Origin: a virus
Taxonomy: Duplodnaviria > Caudoviricetes
Reading direction: 5' to 3' (one strand)
Length of the DNA stretch: 25,945 nucleotides
IMG/VR virus record: IMGVR_UViG_3300020460_000049
Coordinates: 1-25,945 of that record
The notes under the pieces were generated by a model. It was not told the origin of the DNA and searched no databases. It saw only the letters and a program-made list of their open reading frames with translations. Positions 1 to 5,429 of the stretch are shown here, in pieces (the stretch's first letter is position 1; the number at the start of each line of letters is the position of its first letter). The translations under genes were made by a program, and so were the position numbers.

Positions 1-156
1 TTCACATAGGTTTGCTTCCTCTGCTGCTAGTTCCTCCGTTAGGCAGTCATCGCAGAAGCTCTGCCAGTGGGCAGGGACGATCCCTCCCTCTGGGTGAGGC
101 TCTGCCTCTGTCCATTCTTGAATCATTTTTGTTCCGTGTGTTGTGCAGTTCATCAT
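1..156 (-). CDS. Small leftward hypothetical protein with CxxH...CxxC motif (possible zinc-binding), 3' end truncated by the window edge
   Basis: Not in the ORF track. Manual translation from ATG at 156 (or 153): MMNCTTHGTKMIQEWTEAEPHPEGGIVPAHWQSFCDDCLTEELAAEEANLCE, open to position 1. SD-like AGGGAAGGA lies just upstream on the - strand, with a promoter at 205-233. Confidence 0.7.
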   Translation of the reverse strand, partial: MMNCTTHGTKMIQEWTEAEPHPEGGIVPAHWQSFCDDCLTEELAAEEANLCE

Positions 157-204
157 GTGTTCCTTCCCTGCTTTTTCTGGCCTCACTTCTGGAGGCCTGA
201 GTTA

Positions 205-233
205 AGAATATGCGATCGGCTGGCAGGATGCAA
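205..233 (-). promoter_or_regulatory. Leftward sigma70-type promoter
   Basis: - strand TTGCAT (233-228), 17 nt spacer, TATTCT (210-205). The predicted start near 198 puts a GGCCTC/GAGGCC hairpin (179-197) at the transcript 5' end. An imperfect palindrome CGGCTGG...CCAGTCG (216-240) overlaps the -35. Confidence 0.6.
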
Positions 234-296
234 CCAGTCGGCAAAGTTAGGAGCAACCGAGAGAGGCCCGAGGGTCCCACAGCCTAGCCAAAACAT

Positions 297-356
297 AGAC
301 CCCAAAACGGACGAGAACAGAGGACCCAACGAAGAGCAGAAACGGACCCAAACCGA
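297..356. repeat. T-free tract with short direct repeats (GACCC x3, AAACGGAC x2)
   Basis: No T on the + strand from 297 to 356. GACCC at 298, 323, 345; AAACGGAC at 305 and 340. Confidence 0.75.
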
Positions 357-400
357 TGCACCAAATCCGCAGCGAATCGGAAGCGGTCGAAGTGCTCAGC

Positions 401-937
401 TGCGAGGGGTTGGTTAGCTTGCCGTATCGGTTCACATGTAACCGACTCGCAACGCACTGATTCGATGACACTAGAGCCTTTAGGCTCAATTTTGGATTTT
501 TTCTTAAGTACAACGATCCAAGTGAACGCTAAGTCGCGTTCACAGCTCATTGCCTCCTCTCATCTTAAGAGTTGGGTACAACTCTTAATCTTCGACTCAC
601 ATTCGCTAGCGCGTTCGTTCGAGAAGGACTTGTAAGTCCTTTCGCTTCTCTCACCTCGTCGGAAACACGCCGACGAGCGCTGATTGGCCGTTGTTCGTGT
701 TGATGGCCCTCTCCTCGCTGCGCTCGTCGAATGGCATTGGCAGGCCCGTAGCGAACACAGGTTTCGCTACGCTCACGCAGGTTCGCTACTACGACGCTCA
801 TTACGGCTAGCGAAGCTAGCCTAATGACGCTGTCTAACATTAAACGTTCTGCCAACTCATACATAGGTTGAGTTAACGTTGTACGCACCTCTACGGGTCG
901 AAGGTTCGATACCCTTCCCTTCCCCTATTGGGGGCCA
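401..937. other. Dense non-coding array of inverted repeats (origin/sso-like, packaging region or structured RNA)
   Basis: Stems read directly: 427-432/440-445, 474-479/482-487, 522-529/536-543, 565-574/579-588, 624-630/635-641, 655-662/670-677, 747-755/763-771, 798-811/815-827 (one bulge, GAA loop), 854-859/869-874, 900-904/913-917. Confidence 0.7.
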
Positions 938-963
938 CTCAAGGATAATTCGTGGAATCCCGA

Positions 964-979
964 CGTTCCACGTGAAACA
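964..979. promoter_or_regulatory. parS: parS-like site (ParB/Spo0J binding palindrome)
   Basis: CGTTCCACGTGAAACA matches the chromosomal parS consensus TGTTNCACGTGAAACA at 15 of 16 positions. Confidence 0.75.
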
Positions 980-980
980 T

Positions 981-989
981 TGCTACACT
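981..989 (+). promoter_or_regulatory. Putative extended -10 promoter for the rightward packaging/structural operon
   Basis: TG-c-TACACT (TGnTAnnnT pattern), about 75 nt upstream of the first ATG (1065). No clear -35; the parS-like site occupies the spacer region. Confidence 0.5.
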
Positions 990-1064
990 ATCCGTGACGG
1001 GTTACGTAAGCATGACGCGTATAAAAACACTGGGTTTCCCCGTCATCTACATAAGGAGGGGCTA

Positions 1065-1322
1065 ATGCCACCGTCTAAATACAAGAAACGTCGTAAAGCA
1101 ATTCGTTCTGAGAGTAGTCCTGACACACGTATGGCTGTGTACAGGGCGGCTAAAGGGATTGGTAGTGGTAGGACACCTGCTGGTCGTGGTCAGAACATTC
1201 GGTATAAGACTAAGCCAACGACTACTGTACCGAAGGGTCGCGGTAGCTCTACTGGACGTAAGAGTCGAAGCAACCAACCAAAGCAAGCGTTTTGGTGGGA
1301 AAGCTTTGCTGGAGGTCGGTAA
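1065..1322 (+). CDS. Basic K/R-rich hypothetical protein (85 aa)
   Basis: Strong SD TAAGGAGG at 1052-1059 before ATG 1065 (MPPSKYKKRRK...). The ORF-track start at 879 has no SD and would span the parS/promoter. Confidence 0.75.
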   Translation: MPPSKYKKRRKAIRSESSPDTRMAVYRAAKGIGSGRTPAGRGQNIRYKTKPTTTVPKGRGSSTGRKSRSNQPKQAFWWESFAGGR

Positions 1323-1375
1323 TGCCTAAAGGAAAGAAGACTCCACCGTACCGTAAGCCGAAACGAGGTTACTAA
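1322..1375 (+). CDS. 17-aa basic micropeptide MPKGKKTPPYRKPKRGY
   Basis: GGAGG at 1311-1315; TAATG overlaps with both neighbours; fills the gap exactly. Confidence 0.6.
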   Translation: MPKGKKTPPYRKPKRGY

Positions 1376-1545
1376 TGAAGAAGATGTCACCTGCGTTAGC
1401 AGCGTATATAGGCCGCAAGAAGTACGGTGCTAAGAAGTTTGCTGCTATGGGTAGAGCTGGTAAGAGGCGTAAAGCAGCTGGTAAGCCTAAGACTAATAGG
1501 GCTGGCGGAGGCAAGCGGTTCGCTAAATTAACAGGAAGACGTTAG
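1375..1545 (+). CDS. 56-aa very basic protein with ALAAYIGRKKYG motif
   Basis: MKKMSPALAAYIGRKKYGAKKFAAMGRAGKRRKAAGKPKTNRAGGGKRFAKLTGRR. TAATG-coupled start, GAGG upstream, stop 2 nt before terS. 20/56 residues are K+R and none are acidic. Confidence 0.75.
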   Translation: MKKMSPALAAYIGRKKYGAKKFAAMGRAGKRRKAAGKPKTNRAGGGKRFAKLTGRR

Positions 1546-1547
1546 CT

Positions 1548-2009
1548 ATGACTCAGGATGATTTGATTGAATTACTCGACCCTAACCGTGATTATGGTGA
1601 ACGCACCTACGATGAGGTAGTTGGGGGCATACGTGCAGGTAAGATACGCATACTTCCTCCATCAGGGAGTAAACATCCTATTCTGAGGAATGCTGACGTA
1701 CCGAGTGGTATTCACCCGATTATTAAGGGGAGCGGTCGTGTAACGACGGTAGAGGCGAATACGAAGAACCCGCCAGCGACAAAGGCTCGGTTCATGGCTC
1801 GTGCTGTGGATGACTTTGATTCGGTGTACGAGTCAATGATTGAATCTGCTACTCAGGGTGATGTCAGGGCACAGAAGCTCTTTATGGAGATGTTTGTTGG
1901 TAGGCCGAAAGAGGCTACTGAGACATTGCAAAAGAACATGATGGACAAGTTATTTGAAGCTGCATTAGCACCAAAGGAACAAGTCATTGAGGTTGTACAG
2001 TCCACCTAG
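1548..2009 (+). CDS. terS: Putative terminase small subunit
   Basis: 153 aa, directly upstream of and overlapping terL. Helical C-half with 'ATQGDVRAQKLFMEMFVGRP', typical of TerS-like proteins. Confidence 0.65.
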   Translation: MTQDDLIELLDPNRDYGERTYDEVVGGIRAGKIRILPPSGSKHPILRNADVPSGIHPIIKGSGRVTTVEANTKNPPATKARFMARAVDDFDSVYESMIESATQGDVRAQKLFMEMFVGRPKEATETLQKNMMDKLFEAALAPKEQVIEVVQST

Positions 2010-3291
2010 TATCTGGCAGTTCATTAATGATGGCGACCCATACGAGGCATGGGATTGGCAACGGGAACACATACATGAACAGTCAGAGAAGAAGCGCCTC
2101 ATCCTTGCGTGCGGACGCAGGGCTGGCAAGACGACCGCTATTAAGGCAGAAATAGTCAGGGAAGCTCTAAAGCCCAGAGATGTACAGTTTGGAGTAGCCC
2201 ACGCACCGTACATTTATGTTATTGCCCCGAATTATGAGCTGACTATGAAGGTCTGGGAGCCTGTATGGAACCTCTTTGTTGGTGACCATGCACCATTACA
2301 TGACTACTATGCGTTCCATGACAAGACAAGAAAGCTCATCGAACTAGCGAACGGTGCGAGAATACAGGCGAAATCAGCTGATGACCCGACAGCCTTACAG
2401 GGCGATAGGGTCACAGCAGCGTTCGTGGACGAAGCACACGACCTAAATCCTGAAGCATGGGCGAACTTCATGCCCGCACTCGCTGACTCTGATGGCAGAC
2501 TTGTAGCCATTGGTATTGCCAGAGGGAAAGGGAACTTCCGTACTTACTGGAATGTGGGTCAGGAAGATGATCCTCGGTATTACTCAGCATCCGTTACTTC
2601 GCTCGCCCACCCGAATATAGACGAGGAGGCTCTGGACGAATTCAAGCGCGACCTCACTGATGCACAGTACCGTCAACAATACTTAGCTGAATGGGTTGAG
2701 GATGATGGACAGGTCTTTAGGAACTTAGATGACTGCTTTGATGGTGAATGGGAAGAGCCTGTAGAGGCTGAATACCTCATGGGATTAGACCTCGGCAAGA
2801 TCGAAGACTACACAGTGGCGTATGTGATTAACATCAACACGATGAGCATAGTAGCGAGAGATAGATTTAATGGATTGGATTACACATTACTCGGCCCACG
2901 CATTGCGCACCTATACAAGAAGTACCGCTGCCAAACTATTCATCTTGATGGTACTGGTATTGGCGAGCCAGTCAGTGACATCCTACGCAGCGAAGGTTGC
3001 TCTATTACGTCGTTTAAGTTCACTAACCAATCGAAGGCTACATTAGTCTCCACCTTGGCAGCAGAGATAGAACACAAACGTGTACATTTCCCCAAAGATG
3101 ACGAAATATTGAAAAAGGAGTTAGAATTATTTGAAGGTGTTGTGTTAGCTGGCGGTGCTGTGAAGTACGGCCATCCTGTCGGATACCACGATGACTGCGT
3201 GATGGCAGCAGGGTTAGCGGTATTAAAAGCAAAGAAGCGCAACCGAGCTGCCTCTCAGTTGCGTCAAAGTAATTACGTGACGTTTGGATAA
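1987..3291 (+). CDS. terL: Terminase large subunit
   Basis: Walker A GRRAGKT, Walker B AFVDEAH, RNase H-like nuclease motifs MGLDLG..D and HDDCVMA. TTG start with AAGGA upstream. Confidence 0.95.
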   Translation: MRLYSPPSIWQFINDGDPYEAWDWQREHIHEQSEKKRLILACGRRAGKTTAIKAEIVREALKPRDVQFGVAHAPYIYVIAPNYELTMKVWEPVWNLFVGDHAPLHDYYAFHDKTRKLIELANGARIQAKSADDPTALQGDRVTAAFVDEAHDLNPEAWANFMPALADSDGRLVAIGIARGKGNFRTYWNVGQEDDPRYYSASVTSLAHPNIDEEALDEFKRDLTDAQYRQQYLAEWVEDDGQVFRNLDDCFDGEWEEPVEAEYLMGLDLGKIEDYTVAYVININTMSIVARDRFNGLDYTLLGPRIAHLYKKYRCQTIHLDGTGIGEPVSDILRSEGCSITSFKFTNQSKATLVSTLAAEIEHKRVHFPKDDEILKKELELFEGVVLAGGAVKYGHPVGYHDDCVMAAGLAVLKAKKRNRAASQLRQSNYVTFG

Positions 3292-3294
3292 AGT

Positions 3295-5142
3295 ATGGTT
3301 GAAGCAGATTTCATAAACAACTTTGATGATGATTATAATAGGTTTACACGTCTCAAAAACCACATCTTCAATGGCTATTTTGACAAGATGCGTGACGACA
3401 ATGACTACTACAACGGTCATTACCCCAACATCGGAGAGATTATCCCGCGTGAATACAGAGAATCAGGCATGGGAGCCACCATCCCACCGACTGCGCGGAA
3501 CGCAGTGGACAACGCCTCCGACCACATACTCACTACCCCCAAGATTTTCGTACCAGCACGACCTACCGATAACGATCAACAAGCGCAGCAAGAGTTAGCG
3601 GAGCGTAAGCGTCAGTTCTTGTCCGCATTCTGGCATAATGTCGAAACTAATTACGGAGATCCGTTAGCAGTTGGTCGAAAGAAGCTCGTAAAAGACGGAC
3701 GCATCGTACTGAAAAAGGAATTAAATTGGGAAATAATCCCTGATCCGCCAAAAAATGATGCGCCAGCTGGTGAAAAAAGAAAATTTAAGAACCAGCTACG
3801 CAAGTTGGCACAATCTCAGTTCTTATGGAAGATCTCTGTCCTTCCGAACGAGACAATTGTGCATGATGTAGACAATCCGCATGACCCGAAGTATGTGTAC
3901 GAGTTCTATGAGGTTTATCCAGACGAAGCACGACGCAGGTACCCAGAACATGCGGACATGTGGATGGAAGATGGCTTAGAAAAGCTGGAATTTGTCGAGA
4001 TGTATACCAAACCGCATGGTGATTACAAGGGTGAGCACAAGATGTGGGTACAGGGTGCATTGGTATTTGAAAATATGAACCCCTATTGTTGGGAAACTGA
4101 CGCATCTACAGATGAAAAGCCAAACTATGATGGGTACATTCCGTATACGATTCGAGATTCTGGATGGGGTGAAATTACAGCAGAGAACGACCCTGCGGAT
4201 CGGTACGTGGGTATTCTCAGATACATTCATCCAGTTCTACAGGCCGAGGCGCGGCAACTCACAGCGGTAGACATTCAATTAAGGTACTCAACATTCGCTC
4301 CTGTCATTACTCGGAACATCATGGATGACAATACCCCTATAGAGGTAGGGCCGGGAAAACGCATTAACTTAGTGGACGATCAGGACATTGATTTCAGGAA
4401 ACTCCCAGAGGTTCCAATCTCCGCATTCCAAATGATGGACAAGGTACATCGCTATACGTCTGAACTCTCGAAGCTTGGTACGTTAGGCGGCCAACCGCAA
4501 CGTGGTGTTGAGTCTGCAACTGAGGCTGACCTCAATGTGAGGAACGCAGCTGTGAAGCTGTCGAGCTGTGTTGCATCGCTTCGTGCATGTATCACAGTGG
4601 CATCTAAGCAGGTCTTCCAAGACATCCAACACATACTGGAATCTCCCATTACGTTAGCTGGTAGCACTCGACGCTCTGCGAGTGAGATCACAATAAAGCC
4701 AAATGAGCTGGACGACTTCTATTCAGTAGATGTCGAACTCCATACATCGGATCGTGCGCAGATAGAGATGCGGGACATGATGGTCTGGTCCCAACTGTAC
4801 CGTACATATAACGGTATGTTGAGTGCAGAGACGGCTATGGAGAACTCAGGCATCGAGAATCCGCAGGAAGAGATGTTAAAGGCTTCAGTAAATACCCTCT
4901 TTATGTCGCCACAGGCGCAACAGGTACGCACCATGATGATGCTTAAAGGTCTTCAGTCACAAGCAGCTGAGGTCTTACGAGCGTTCCAGCAGGACCTATT
5001 ACAGCAACAACAGGCTCCTCCGCAAGGTGAAATGATTAGTGGCAGTGAAGAAATTACAATGGATGAGGTAGCCACTCCTACTGGTATGCAGGAAAACATA
5101 GCTATGGACAGACAAACAAACGTAGTGAATGAGATGAGATAA
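3295..5142 (+). CDS. Portal (head-tail connector) protein
   Basis: 615 aa directly after terL. N-terminal 'DYYNGH', 'SATEA' motif and Q-rich C-terminal tail, typical of podoviral portals. Confidence 0.85.
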   Translation: MVEADFINNFDDDYNRFTRLKNHIFNGYFDKMRDDNDYYNGHYPNIGEIIPREYRESGMGATIPPTARNAVDNASDHILTTPKIFVPARPTDNDQQAQQELAERKRQFLSAFWHNVETNYGDPLAVGRKKLVKDGRIVLKKELNWEIIPDPPKNDAPAGEKRKFKNQLRKLAQSQFLWKISVLPNETIVHDVDNPHDPKYVYEFYEVYPDEARRRYPEHADMWMEDGLEKLEFVEMYTKPHGDYKGEHKMWVQGALVFENMNPYCWETDASTDEKPNYDGYIPYTIRDSGWGEITAENDPADRYVGILRYIHPVLQAEARQLTAVDIQLRYSTFAPVITRNIMDDNTPIEVGPGKRINLVDDQDIDFRKLPEVPISAFQMMDKVHRYTSELSKLGTLGGQPQRGVESATEADLNVRNAAVKLSSCVASLRACITVASKQVFQDIQHILESPITLAGSTRRSASEITIKPNELDDFYSVDVELHTSDRAQIEMRDMMVWSQLYRTYNGMLSAETAMENSGIENPQEEMLKASVNTLFMSPQAQQVRTMMMLKGLQSQAAEVLRAFQQDLLQQQQAPPQGEMISGSEEITMDEVATPTGMQENIAMDRQTNVVNEMR

Positions 5143-5429
5143 TGGCTGGAGAATTATCAGCTAAGATGAGTGAAGCGGCTAGGCAGGTGACTGTTATGAA
5201 TGCTATGGCGCTTGATTACATTGCAGACGCGTTCGCTACGGACGAGGAAGCGACGGTGTTCTCTGCGTCGTTCGATGAAATGGCTGACATCTTTGCTGCA
5301 CATGGACATGGTTCAGACTTAAGTGAATGTACCGATCCGTTCTGCATGGAAGCAAAGATTGCAATTATACAAGCGTTGCAGCAGATTGCTAATCCGCAGC
5401 AACCACAGCAACCTCAAGGGATGATGTAA
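5142..5429 (+). CDS. Hypothetical protein (95 aa, acidic, HxH...CxxxxC)
   Basis: TAATG-coupled at both ends; no recognised family. Confidence 0.7.
   Translation: MAGELSAKMSEAARQVTVMNAMALDYIADAFATDEEATVFSASFDEMADIFAAHGHGSDLSECTDPFCMEAKIAIIQALQQIANPQQPQQPQGMM

Noticed and set aside
284-550. 88-aa - strand ORF with AGAGGAGG upstream
   Set aside because: GGAGG is only 2 nt from the ATG, the product is not protein-like, and it runs through the hairpins and T-free tract. Not fully excluded.
12-888. Other ORF-track calls in the left region (12..200, 47..280, 67..417, 247..513, 565..888)
   Set aside because: No convincing SDs or motifs; they conflict with the better-supported leftward ORF 1..156 or lie in palindromic DNA.
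850-937. Complete tRNA gene
   Set aside because: Only a T-arm-like hairpin; no acceptor stem or D arm.
879-1064. N-terminal extension of the 147-aa ORF
   Set aside because: No SD at 879, it spans the parS/promoter, and a strong SD supports ATG 1065.
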